Assembly: GCA_963754315.1 (NCBI GenBank)
Contig: CAVWFS010000019.1
Span: 672,001-736,000 of the forward strand
Length of the DNA stretch: 64,000 bases
Direction of reading: 5' to 3'
DNA from: an uncultured Candidatus Rokubacteria bacterium
Lineage (GTDB): Bacteria > Methylomirabilota > Methylomirabilia > Rokubacteriales > CSP1-6
Shown in pieces: positions 1 to 9,624 of the stretch. Each line of letters opens with the position of its first letter. The stretch's first letter is position 1. A model generated the notes under the pieces. The model ran no database searches. It saw nothing but the letters and a program-made list of their open reading frames with translations, and was not told the DNA's origin. The translations under genes and the position numbers were made by a program.

Positions 1-1650
1 CTTCCCGAGGAATCGCGACGAGAGACTGAACGCGAGCTGGCACGTCTGGCGAGTATCCCGCCCGCCTCGCCCGAGCACGGTATCGTCGTCACCTATCTCG
101 AGTGGATGGCGAGCTTGCCCTGGAGCAAGCTGGCCGGTGGTCTCATCGACATCGGTAAGGCGCGACAGGTCCTCGACGAGGACCACTTCGATCTCGAGAA
201 GATCAAGGATCGGATCCTCGAGTACCTGGCCGTGAAAAAGCTCCGGCAGGAGCGGGAAGCCGTGGCGGGTCAACCCGCTTCGGCCGAGCTCCCGGTGCCA
301 GCTCAGCCGCCGCCAGTGACGGGCGACAGTCCGGCGCGGGAGCCCATCCTCTGTTTTGTGGGTCCGCCCGGCGTGGGCAAGACGAGTCTGGGCCAGAGCA
401 TCGCCCGAGCCCTCGGCCGGCGCTTCGTGCGCATGTCGCTCGGCGGCGTGCGGGACGAAGCGGAGATCCGGGGTCATCGTCGGACCTACATCGGGGCGAT
501 GCCGGGGAGGATCATCCAGGGAATCCGGCGCGCGGAGACGCGCGACCCCGTCTTCATGCTCGACGAGATCGACAAGATCGGCGCCGACTGGCGGGGCGAT
601 CCCTCCTCGGCCTTGCTGGAGGTGCTGGATCCAGCTCAGAACAACACCTTCGTGGACAACTATCTTGGGGTCGCCTTCGACCTCTCCCAGGTGCTGTTCA
701 TCGCTACCGCCAACACGCTCGACACCATCCCCGGACCGTTGCGGGACAGGATGGAGATCCTCACCCTATCCGGGTATACGGATGAGGAGAAGGTCGGAAT
801 CGCCCGCCAGTACCTGATCCCCAAGCAGCTCGCTGCCCATGGTCTCGCCAGCCACGAGCTCTCGTTCGAACCCGACGCCATCCGCCAGATCGTGCGCAGC
901 TACACCCGTGAGGCAGGCGTGAGGAATCTGGAGCGTGAGATTGCCACGGTGGCCCGCAAGGTGACCCGCCGGATCGCAGAGGGGCACCGCGAGCCGGTCC
1001 GGATCACGACCGACAACCTGGCCGAGTTCCTGAGCCGTCCCCGCTTCTTCGACGAGGTGGCTGAACGGACCACCCGCCCCGGTGTTGCCACCGGCCTGGC
1101 TTGGACACCGACCGGGGGAGATGTCCTGTTCGTGGAGGTCACCATGATGCCGAGCAACGAGGAGCGGCTCGTGCTCACCGGCATGCTGGGGGACGTCATG
1201 CGCGAGAGCGCCCAGGCAGCCGTCTCGTACGTGTGGTCCAACGCCGAGGCGCTCGACATCGAGCCCAAGCTCTTCGAGGGGAAGACCATCCACGTCCACG
1301 TGCCGGCCGGCGCCATTCCCAAGGATGGACCGTCGGCCGGGGTGACGATCGTGACTGCGCTGGCCTCCCTGGCGACACGGCGACCGGTACGAAGCGAGGT
1401 GGCCATGACCGGCGAGATCACCCTGCGCGGAAAGGTCCTCCCCGTGGGCGGGATCAAGGAGAAAGTTCTCGCCGCTCACCGCGCAGGGATCCGCACGGTC
1501 ATCCTCCCGCGCCGCAACGAGCGTGACGTCGAGGACGTGCCTGAAGAAGTCCGGCGGGAGCTGCGCTTCCTCTTCGTCGACGACGCCGAAGAAGTCCTGC
1601 GCCATGCCCTCACCCCGTCCGCGACCGCCGTCCCTCAGAGGTCGCGCTGA
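1..1650 (+). CDS. lon: Lon protease (endopeptidase La), 5'-truncated by window edge
   Basis: Frame open from base 1 ([16 protein letters not shown]...). Walker [10 protein letters not shown], Walker [22 protein letters not shown], catalytic PKDGPSAG and GGIKEK. Confidence 0.97.
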   Translation, partial: LPEESRRETERELARLASIPPASPEHGIVVTYLEWMASLPWSKLAGGLIDIGKARQVLDEDHFDLEKIKDRILEYLAVKKLRQEREAVAGQPASAELPVPAQPPPVTGDSPAREPILCFVGPPGVGKTSLGQSIARALGRRFVRMSLGGVRDEAEIRGHRRTYIGAMPGRIIQGIRRAETRDPVFMLDEIDKIGADWRGDPSSALLEVLDPAQNNTFVDNYLGVAFDLSQVLFIATANTLDTIPGPLRDRMEILTLSGYTDEEKVGIARQYLIPKQLAAHGLASHELSFEPDAIRQIVRSYTREAGVRNLEREIATVARKVTRRIAEGHREPVRITTDNLAEFLSRPRFFDEVAERTTRPGVATGLAWTPTGGDVLFVEVTMMPSNEERLVLTGMLGDVMRESAQAAVSYVWSNAEALDIEPKLFEGKTIHVHVPAGAIPKDGPSAGVTIVTALASLATRRPVRSEVAMTGEITLRGKVLPVGGIKEKVLAAHRAGIRTVILPRRNERDVEDVPEEVRRELRFLFVDDAEEVLRHALTPSATAVPQRSR

Positions 1651-1669
1651 TGCTCTCAAGGAGGCCGCG

Positions 1670-3073
1670 ATGACAGGCCCGTCGCAATCGGCGCTTCCCC
1701 TGGAAACCCTCGACAAGGAGCGCGTGCTCCATCCGGCGACCTCTATTGCGGATCACCTGGTGACGGGCCCGCGCATCATGGCCGAGGGGGTCGGGCTCAC
1801 CCTGACCGATACCACCGGGCGACAGTATCTGGACGCGGTGGCCGGGCTCTGGTGCGTGGCCATCGGATACGGCCGCACGGAGGTCGCGGAGGCCATGGCC
1901 GCCCAGTCGCGGCGGCTGGCCTTCTACCACACGTTCACCTCGATGTCGAACGAGCCGCAGATCCGCCTGGCTGACCGCTTGCTCGCCCTCGCCCCCGGGC
2001 GCATGAGCAAGGTCTTCTTCGGCACCTCGGGCTCGGAGGCAAACGACACGCAGGTCAAGCTCGTGTGGTACTACAACAATCTCCGCGGCCGACCAGGCAA
2101 GAAGAAGATCATCGCGCGTCGCCAGGGCTTCCACGGCACGACCGTGGCGGCAGCCAGCCTCACCGGCATCGAGGCCTTTCATCGGGCCTTCGATCTTCCG
2201 CTCCCGCAGATCCTTCATACCTCACCGGCCTACCACTACCGCTATGCGGAACCCGGTCAGTCCGAGGAGGACTACGCGAGCGCGCTGGCGGCTGAGCTGG
2301 AGCAGCTCATCGAGCGCGAGGGGCCTGAGACGGTCGCTGCCTTCATTGCGGAGCCCGTGATGGGAGCAGGGGGCGTGGTGCCGCCCCCGCGCGGGTACTT
2401 CGAAAAGGTCCAGCGGGTGCTGCGTCGGCACGACGTGCTGATGATCGCCGACGAGGTCATCTGTGGCTTCGGGCGCCTGGGCCGCATGTTCGGGTCCGAG
2501 GTCTACGGAATCGAGCCTGATCTGGTGACGGTGGCCAAGCAGCTCACCAGCGGTTACTTTCCGCTCTCGGCCTGCTTTGTCTCCGAGGATATCTGGAACG
2601 CCCTGCGCGAGGGCTCTCCGGACCTGGGTCCGTTTGCTCACGGCTTCACCTACAGCGGCCATCCGGTCGGAGCGGCCGCCGCCCTGGCCAACCTTGACAT
2701 CGTGCTGAGCGAGGACTTGGTCGGCAACGCAGCGCGCGTGGGCCAGTACCTCCAGGAGCGTCTGCGCACGACGCTGGCCGGACATCCGCTGGTGGGCGAC
2801 GTGCGTGGGGTGGGCCTCATCGCCGGGGTGGAGTTGGTCGCCGATACGGTGACCCGTCAGCTCTTCGGGCCTGCCCTCAAGGTTGGGGCGCGCATCGCCC
2901 AGCGCTGCATGGAGGACGGGCTCATCGTGCGACCGCTGCCGGGCGGCCACGTCATCGCGCTGTCACCGCCGCTCTGCATCACGCGGGCGCAGGTGGACTA
3001 CATTGTGGAGGGTCTCACCCGAGGCATCGATCGCGTCAGCGACGAGCTGACCCGTGAGGGCGTGGCCCACTAG
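1670..3073 (+). CDS. Class-III PLP aminotransferase (omega-amine/putrescine-pyruvate type)
   Basis: AAGGAGG RBS before ATG 1670. Motifs DAVAGLW, SGSEAND, FIAEPVMG, ADEVICGFGR, VAKQLTSG. Confidence 0.92.
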   Translation: MTGPSQSALPLETLDKERVLHPATSIADHLVTGPRIMAEGVGLTLTDTTGRQYLDAVAGLWCVAIGYGRTEVAEAMAAQSRRLAFYHTFTSMSNEPQIRLADRLLALAPGRMSKVFFGTSGSEANDTQVKLVWYYNNLRGRPGKKKIIARRQGFHGTTVAAASLTGIEAFHRAFDLPLPQILHTSPAYHYRYAEPGQSEEDYASALAAELEQLIEREGPETVAAFIAEPVMGAGGVVPPPRGYFEKVQRVLRRHDVLMIADEVICGFGRLGRMFGSEVYGIEPDLVTVAKQLTSGYFPLSACFVSEDIWNALREGSPDLGPFAHGFTYSGHPVGAAAALANLDIVLSEDLVGNAARVGQYLQERLRTTLAGHPLVGDVRGVGLIAGVELVADTVTRQLFGPALKVGARIAQRCMEDGLIVRPLPGGHVIALSPPLCITRAQVDYIVEGLTRGIDRVSDELTREGVAH

Positions 3074-3086
3074 GAGACATATCGTC

Positions 3087-3854
3087 ATGACCACGGAGAG
3101 CCATCGCGAGCAGATTCTCGATCAGTTCACGCGGCAAGCCGTGCCGTTCTCGACCTCTCCCGCCGTCAAGGACGAGCAGGCCTTGCGGCAGGTCGTGGAG
3201 TTCAGTGGAGCCAGTGCGGACGACACGGTGCTCGACGTGGCCTGCGGGCCAGGCATCCTGGCCTGCGCCTTCGCGCGCGTGGTACGCCATGTGACGGGCA
3301 TCGACCTGACGCCGGCCATGCTCGACCGCGCCCGGGCCCTCGCCGCCGAGCGGCGATTGACCAACATCACATGGCAACAAGGCGACGTCCTCCCGCTCCC
3401 ATTCCCTGACGGCAGGTTCACGATCGTGACGGCGCGCTTCGCCTTCCACCATTTCCTCGATCCGGGCGCCGTGCTGTGTGAGATGCGCCGCGTGTGCGCC
3501 CCCGGCGGCCGCGTGGTGGTCGTCGATAGCGCGCCGGCCGTCGACAAGGCCGACGCCTTCAATCGCGTGGAGAAGCTTCGCGACCCGTCGCACACACGTG
3601 CCATGCCCGTCGAGGAACACCGGGAGCTTTACCGCAAGGCGGAGCTGCCCGAGCCGCGGGTGACATGGTATCGCCTGGAGGGTGAGCTGGAGGGCCTGCT
3701 GAAGCGCTCATTCCCCAACCCCGGCGACGACGAGAAAATCCGGCGGCTATTCGAGGCCTCCGTCATCGACGACAGCCTGGGCATCCAGGCCCGGCGGGAG
3801 GATGGGCGCATCCACTACGGCTACCCGGTCGCCGTCCTCGTGGCCGATCGATGA
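3087..3854 (+). CDS. Class I SAM-dependent methyltransferase
   Basis: VLDVACGPG motif I, GIDLT, LPFPDGRF, RFAFHHF. AGGAG RBS. Confidence 0.9.
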   Translation: MTTESHREQILDQFTRQAVPFSTSPAVKDEQALRQVVEFSGASADDTVLDVACGPGILACAFARVVRHVTGIDLTPAMLDRARALAAERRLTNITWQQGDVLPLPFPDGRFTIVTARFAFHHFLDPGAVLCEMRRVCAPGGRVVVVDSAPAVDKADAFNRVEKLRDPSHTRAMPVEEHRELYRKAELPEPRVTWYRLEGELEGLLKRSFPNPGDDEKIRRLFEASVIDDSLGIQARREDGRIHYGYPVAVLVADR

Positions 3855-4519
3855 AGATCGTCGATCTCAGCTTCCCGATCCGACCCCACTTCCGCTGGGC
3901 GGTAGCGCGCGAGATCCGATCGTCGCACGCACGGGGCGACAACTTCGAGTCTTCGGTGATGACGTTGGCCTGTCACGCCTACACCCATGTGGATGCGCCC
4001 CGGCACTTCCTGCCCGGCGACCGCTCCATCACGGACATGCCGGTCGACCAGTGGATCGGGGAAGCAGCCGTGGTCGATCTCACCCATCTCGGCGCCAACG
4101 GCGAGGTTACCGCCGCCGAACTCGAGGGGCGGGCGCAGCACGTGCGGGCCGGCGACATCGCGCTGCTCCGCACGGACTGGCCGCTCCGGACGAGCGTGGA
4201 CGATGAGCGCTTCTGGCGCGACGCCCCCTACACGGGCCCCAGCGCCTGCCAGTGGCTGGTGGCGCGGGGCGTGAAGGCGGTAGGCTACGACTATCCGCCG
4301 GACTACGCTGTGCGAATCTCCATCTTCGAGAAGGATCGGCGCATTCCGCGCGAGGACAACACCACCCACTACATCTTCTTCCCGGCCGGGATCACTGTAA
4401 TCGAGTACTTGACCAATCTGGACCAGATCGGGGCCCCCCGCTGTCGTTTCCTGGCGCTTCCCCTCAAGCTGGAGGGTGCTGACGGCTCTCCCGTCCGCGC
4501 CGTCGCCTGGGTGGATTGA
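3851..4519 (+). CDS. Cyclase / kynurenine formamidase-like metal hydrolase
   Basis: HAYTHVDAPRHF motif and C-terminal LPLKLEGADGSPVRAVA. ATGA overlap with upstream gene. Confidence 0.9.
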   Translation: MKIVDLSFPIRPHFRWAVAREIRSSHARGDNFESSVMTLACHAYTHVDAPRHFLPGDRSITDMPVDQWIGEAAVVDLTHLGANGEVTAAELEGRAQHVRAGDIALLRTDWPLRTSVDDERFWRDAPYTGPSACQWLVARGVKAVGYDYPPDYAVRISIFEKDRRIPREDNTTHYIFFPAGITVIEYLTNLDQIGAPRCRFLALPLKLEGADGSPVRAVAWVD

Positions 4520-4695
4520 ATGTAACGAGTCGCGCTTCTCCGTCGAGCGCGAAGGGGTCGGTCGGGCTCGGCCTCATCGCGACTTTGGTCTTGAGTCTCA
4601 ATGGGATGCTCACCGCTGACGCGCAGCCGGCCGGAAGGCTCTGGCGGATCGGTTATCTGTCACGCGTTTCGGGGGAGCTCCCCAGGGCTGGCTAG
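4516..4695 (+). pseudogene. Remnant N-terminus of an ABC substrate-binding protein (ABC_sub_bind-like)
   Basis: TTG overlapping the upstream stop. Translates to ...LGLIATLVLSLNGMLTADAQPAGRLWRIGYLS, then stops: signal peptide plus the typical AQPAG..WRIGYLS start. Confidence 0.5.
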
Positions 4696-5198
4696 GCTGA
4701 GGTAACCAAGCCGGGCCGCAGCCGCCAGCGGATCCCGGCGACATTGGGCACGAACTCCACCTTGTCGCCGTGGGCATCCTCCATACCCAGCGGGTGATGG
4801 ACAAGCTCGATCATGTTGCCGTCAGGGTCGTGGACGTACGTGTAATGTTCGCCGCTGTACTCGCGGCGGCCCTGGTAGGGATCGGTCCCGCCGATGTTCG
4901 CTGCAACACTCGCCGCCGACGTCCGCACGTGCGGCACGCCCAGCGCATCGAGGTGAGCGAGCAGGCCGTCCCAGTCGTCGATTTCGAGGGCAAAGTGGCT
5001 GGAGGGGGTGGGGGCAGGAAGCGGAGTTTCACTGAAGTGAATTTCGCCGGTACCGAGGCGCAACTGAAGCTGTCGTTTGTTGAGCTCGGGGCCACGGTCG
5101 AGGAACTCTGCGCCCAGTACCTTCTCGTACCATTCCCGCGTCCGCTCGCGATTGCTGATAGGCACGTTGATGTGATGGATCAGCTTGATCTTTGACAT
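4692..5198 (-). CDS. VOC/glyoxalase family protein
   Basis: IHHINVPIS...WYEKVLG, HFALEI, YVHDPDGNMIEL. GGAGG RBS before ATG 5198. Confidence 0.88.
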   Translation of the reverse strand: MSKIKLIHHINVPISNRERTREWYEKVLGAEFLDRGPELNKRQLQLRLGTGEIHFSETPLPAPTPSSHFALEIDDWDGLLAHLDALGVPHVRTSAASVAANIGGTDPYQGRREYSGEHYTYVHDPDGNMIELVHHPLGMEDAHGDKVEFVPNVAGIRWRLRPGLVTSA

Positions 5199-5282
5199 GG
5201 CGTCCTCCGCGAGCTCCTCCAGGAATCTTCCCACCTTCCGGAGCCGCTGTCGAAGGGTGGCCTGGCGGGAGCGCGGAGACTT

Positions 5283-6110
5283 CTATTTCAGGCTGGCGAA
5301 GGTGAAGGCACGGATGATGTGACGCTGGGCCACCACGAAGACGGCCAGCACGGGCGCCACCACGAACATGCTGCCGGCCATGATGATGTGCCAGCGGGCC
5401 CCGGTGCCCTCCTCGCGCAGCATGGCCACTCCCACCGGAAGGGTGCGCACAGTATCGTTGGTCGTCATGACCAGGGGCCAGAAGAAATCATTCCAGTGGT
5501 AGACCACGCTGAAGAGCGAGAAGGCGATGATCGTCGGCTTCACCATGGGAACCATGACCCGGAAAATCAGGGTGAAGACGCCCGCCCCGTCCACCCGGGC
5601 CGCGTCCACGATGTCGTCGCTGACCTGCATGAAGGCCTCGCGGATGAGGAAGGTCCCCAGGGCAGACACGGCATAGGGAAGAATGAGGGCCGTGTAGGTG
5701 TTGATGAGCCCGAGGTGACTGAAGAGAAGATAGAGCGGCACGAAGCGCACCTGGGGCGGCACGATCAGGCAGGCGATCACAACCAGAAAGCAGGCATCTC
5801 GACCCGGGAAGCGGAGCTTGCTGAAGGCAAACGCAGCCAGGCATCCGAGCACGAGCTGCGAGATCAGGATTCCGGCCGTCTGGACGGCATTGTTCACGAA
5901 GTAGCGCAGGAAGGGCCCTGAGTTCCAGGCCTTGGCATAATTATCCCACTGGGGCGGGCGGGGCACGAGCGTCGGCGGAAACTGGGTCACGCTGGCCAGG
6001 TCCTTCAGCGACGTCGCCATCATCCACACGTAAGGGAAAACCTCGACGAGGGCCACCACGGCCAACGCGGCCAGGGTGAGCCAGCGGATGAAAGGGGTCG
6101 CGCTTGTCAT
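5283..6110 (-). CDS. Carbohydrate ABC transporter permease (UgpE/MalG-like)
   Basis: EAA loop DAARVDGAG, WNDFFWP, six TM segments. Confidence 0.92.
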   Translation of the reverse strand: MTSATPFIRWLTLAALAVVALVEVFPYVWMMATSLKDLASVTQFPPTLVPRPPQWDNYAKAWNSGPFLRYFVNNAVQTAGILISQLVLGCLAAFAFSKLRFPGRDACFLVVIACLIVPPQVRFVPLYLLFSHLGLINTYTALILPYAVSALGTFLIREAFMQVSDDIVDAARVDGAGVFTLIFRVMVPMVKPTIIAFSLFSVVYHWNDFFWPLVMTTNDTVRTLPVGVAMLREEGTGARWHIIMAGSMFVVAPVLAVFVVAQRHIIRAFTFASLK

Positions 6111-6120
6111 GCCCGTCGCC

Positions 6121-7002
6121 TCACACGGTGTATTGGAGCCGTCGTCGTAGGAGCATCCACTGGGCGAGCGTCAGCAACAGGATCAGAACGAAGAAAATGA
6201 CGACCGCCGCCGAGGCCTTGCCGAGCTTGAAGTACTGAAACGCTTGCTCGTAGATGTAGTAGACGTAGATCACCGTCGAGGTGACCGGTCCCCCCTGAGT
6301 CATGATCTTCACGACGTCAAAGCCCTGAAAGCTGGCGATGGTCAGAGTGACCAGCAGGAAGAGGGTGGTCGGCGTCAGGAGCGGCCACGTGATGAAACGG
6401 AACCGGTTCCAGCCCGTGGCCCCGTCGAGAGCGGCCGCCTCGTGGAAGTCAGCCGGGATGGCTTGCAGCCCGGCCAGGTAGATCACCATGGGGTAGCCGA
6501 TCGTCTTCCAGACCGTCACCAGGACCAGAGTCCAAAGGGCCACGTGGGGATCCCCCAGCCAGTTTACGGAGGGCAGTCCCACCAGGCGGAGGAGAAAGGT
6601 CACCAGTCCGTATTGTGGGTCGAGCATCCAGATCCAGAGCAGCGAGACAGCCACCCAGGACACGATGTAGGAGGTGAAAATCGCTGCTTGGAGGGTGGCA
6701 CTGCCGCGGCTTCGGTTGTTGAGAAGCAGGGCCAGGATCAGCCCGAGCCCCAGCGCGAGCACCACGACGCCGGCGGAGTACTGCGCGGTGTTGGTGATCA
6801 CCTCCCGGAACTCGTCGGAAGCCAGATCGCGGTAGTTAGCGAGCCCCACGTAGCGCTTGGGCGTGATCAGGTCCCACTGGAAGAGGCTGATGTAAGCCGA
6901 GTAGACAACCGGGTAGATGTAGACGAGCCCGAAGAGAAGGAGGGACGGGGCGAGAAGGGCATAGCCCAGCCACGCTTCTCTCCAGGCGCGCGAAGACGTC
7001 AA
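6121..7002 (-). CDS. Carbohydrate ABC transporter permease (UgpA/MalF-like)
   Basis: YLAGLQAIP..FHEAAALDGA, TQGGP, multiple TM segments. Confidence 0.92.
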   Translation of the reverse strand: MTSSRAWREAWLGYALLAPSLLLFGLVYIYPVVYSAYISLFQWDLITPKRYVGLANYRDLASDEFREVITNTAQYSAGVVVLALGLGLILALLLNNRSRGSATLQAAIFTSYIVSWVAVSLLWIWMLDPQYGLVTFLLRLVGLPSVNWLGDPHVALWTLVLVTVWKTIGYPMVIYLAGLQAIPADFHEAAALDGATGWNRFRFITWPLLTPTTLFLLVTLTIASFQGFDVVKIMTQGGPVTSTVIYVYYIYEQAFQYFKLGKASAAVVIFFVLILLLTLAQWMLLRRRLQYTV

Positions 7003-7005
7003 GGG

Positions 7006-8292
7006 TCAGTCTTTGTACCTACCGATGATCTCGTTGGCCTTGCCCTCGGCGGCGGCCATGGCGTCGGCGACTGACTTCGTTCCCACCACCGGTGCCTCCA
7101 GGTTGGGCTGCACCGCCTCGCGGTACACCTCAAAGAGGGCGGGGGAGAACGGGAACTTCTGGGCGAACTTGAGCTGGTCGAGAGCCACTTTGTAGTTGGG
7201 GTTCTCCTTGTAGAAGGATTGCATTTCCGGCGAGTTGATGGCGGAAAGCCGGATGGGCATATAGCCGGTGGCCTTGGACAGCGAGATGGTCTGGGCAGGG
7301 TCGGTCATCCACTTGATGAAGGCCCATCCCGCCTCCTTCTGGGGGGCGGGGGCGTCCTTGAGCATCACGAAGAAGGTCCCGCCCGTCGGCACGGCCGCCT
7401 TCGCCTTGGCCGGGAGGAAAGCAGTGCCCACCTTGAACTTGGCGTTCTCGGTGATGTAGTTCAGAAAAGCTGTCGAGGTGAAGATCATGGCCACCCGGCT
7501 GTTCAGGAAGTCGGTGTTGGCCACCTCCCACGCGCTGTAGTCCTTGCCGGGCGGCTGCTTCATGGTCTTGTCCTTTTGGACCATGTCGACCCAGAACTGC
7601 AGCGCCTCTCCGCCCTTGTCTCGGAAGGCCGCGCGCTTGCCGTCGGCCGACATCAGCGTTCCGCCCGCCTGGTGCAGCAGGGCGAACCAGAACCACCAGT
7701 CGACAGGCACTTCGAAGCCGTACGTCTTGACGTCGCTCCCCTCGCGCACGGTCAGCTTCTCCGCCCCCGTCCGGAGTTCGTCCCAGGTGGTCGGCACCCT
7801 CACCCCCTTGGCGGCCAGCATCTCGGCGTTGTAGTAGAGAATCGGGGTGGAGCGGAAAAAGGGCAGGGCGAAGAGCGGCGGGGCTGGCTTGCCGAGGTAG
7901 TCGAAGTACCCGTTCTGCGTCTGGGCGGGGAGGAAGTCGGCGAGGTCGGTCCCGTTGGGGCCCTTGGCGTAGGACTCCATGTTCTCCAGCAGACCAGCCT
8001 GCCAGAGATTGGGCAGGAACTCGCCTACCACATGGAAGATGGGCGGCGCCGTCTTGGTGATGGAGGCTGCCCGAATCTTGGCGATAGCCTGGAAGTAGTC
8101 GCCCTGGAAGGCGCCCTCGATGCGGTACTTGGTCTGCGACTCGTTGAACTTCTTGATGTGGGCCTCGGTCACCTCGCGATTCTTGCCCCCGAAGGCGTAC
8201 CAGAACTGCGCCACGATCGGTTGCTGGGCTGCGGCCGGGCTGGCGATTGCCCAGAGCGTCGCCACCAGTACTGCTGTTGCCAGTCGTCGCAT
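7006..8292 (-). CDS. ABC substrate-binding protein (UgpB-like)
   Basis: Signal peptide MRRLATAVLVATLWAIASPAAA. LPFFRSTPILYYN, PTTWDEL, TGYMPIR. GGAGGAG RBS. Confidence 0.88.
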   Translation of the reverse strand: MRRLATAVLVATLWAIASPAAAQQPIVAQFWYAFGGKNREVTEAHIKKFNESQTKYRIEGAFQGDYFQAIAKIRAASITKTAPPIFHVVGEFLPNLWQAGLLENMESYAKGPNGTDLADFLPAQTQNGYFDYLGKPAPPLFALPFFRSTPILYYNAEMLAAKGVRVPTTWDELRTGAEKLTVREGSDVKTYGFEVPVDWWFWFALLHQAGGTLMSADGKRAAFRDKGGEALQFWVDMVQKDKTMKQPPGKDYSAWEVANTDFLNSRVAMIFTSTAFLNYITENAKFKVGTAFLPAKAKAAVPTGGTFFVMLKDAPAPQKEAGWAFIKWMTDPAQTISLSKATGYMPIRLSAINSPEMQSFYKENPNYKVALDQLKFAQKFPFSPALFEVYREAVQPNLEAPVVGTKSVADAMAAAEGKANEIIGRYKD

Positions 8293-8294
8293 GA

Positions 8295-9541
8295 TCACGT
8301 GTCTCCTCCGCGCCCCGGGTGTACGCCTCGGTCGAAGCAGGCGGCGCAAAGCTCCCCCTCGACCTCTCGTCCCTCATAGACGATGCGATGAAGCCCCCGC
8401 AGGAGGGGCACCTCGCGCACCTTCCGCTCGCGCGCATAGCGCCAGCACCAATGGATGGCGGCGTATCCCTCCGTCAGCTCGTCGCGCGCCCGCAAGGTCT
8501 GCACCACCTCCGTGGTGGGGCGGCCGGCACCGCGCAATTCCCCGAAGATCCGGTTGCGTCCAGCCATGCCCGTCACGTGAAGATCGCCGGCCGCGCCTAG
8601 GCCGTACACAGTTTCCGGGCGCGCGCGGACGGTTTGGGCGAGGCGTGCCATCTCGGCCAGAGCTTGGGTGAAGAGTGCCGACTTGGTGTTGTACATGCCC
8701 TCCGCGCGGCCGGCCTGCACGAGTCCGTCACACAGCCCGATGGCGATGGCGTACGCATTCTTGAGCGCCGAGCACAGCTCGAGGCCGCGTTGATCGATAC
8801 TCTCGACGATTCGGTAGTACGGCGTCTGGAGCCAGCGCCGGGCGCGGCGTCGAGCGGCCACATCGGGTGATGCATAGATGACGGCGGTGGGGACCGGGCG
8901 CGCCAGCTCGAGGGCCTCGGAGGGACCACCCACGGAGACGAGCCTGAACGGCACCGCTGCCCTGATCGCCGTGGAGAGGATCACCGCGCGGCCACCCTTT
9001 TCGGCGAGCCCCTTGGAGACCGTAAGCACGGGCACCCGCAGGCGAATGAAGGGTGCCGCCCGCGTGAGAACTGCCACCGTCCCAGGATGATCGGGAACGT
9101 AGAGAAGATCGACACCGAGCGCATCGCACAGGATCTGCCGCCACAGGCGGCTACGGGCGCCTCCGTTCACGGCGACGACTTCGTGGAAGACCAGGCCGCG
9201 CTCTCGCGCGACCTCGGCGCAGTGACGGAACGACAGAGCCACTCCCTCCAGGACGGCACGGTACAGGTGGCCACGCCCATGCGCCAGCGAGAGTCCGGTG
9301 AAGGCGCCACGCGCTCCGGCGTCCCACACCGGACTTCGCTCGCCTTGCAGGTACGGGAGCAGGGAATCAGACGTACGGCGTCCCACCAGACGAGCGCATC
9401 TGCCTCTGCCCACCCGGGTTGGGGGATCGTGTAACCACATGGGATCTCTCTGGAGGCGAGGGCGCGCCCCGTGAGATCGAAGGCCACTCCTTTCACGGAG
9501 GAGGTTCCGAGATCGACGCCGAGGAGGGCGGAGACCTTCAT
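8295..9541 (-). pseudogene. Chimera of an internally deleted FGGY sugar kinase and an N-truncated NAD(P)-dependent glycerol-3-phosphate dehydrogenase
   Basis: FGGY N-terminus (GVDLGTSSVK...PQPGWAE) jumps to FGGY C-terminal motifs (LPYLQGERSP, RAVLEGVA, GGARS), then to GpsA motifs (SKGL, GGPS, ALKNAYAI, GLGAAGDL..T, RNR, EG). Confidence 0.75.
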
Positions 9542-9624
9542 GAGCGCCGCAATTATAATGAAGATTCACGGGCGCGAGCGTGAATTGGGGATGACTCGCG
9601 TCATCACGTCGTCATCGAGGGCCC

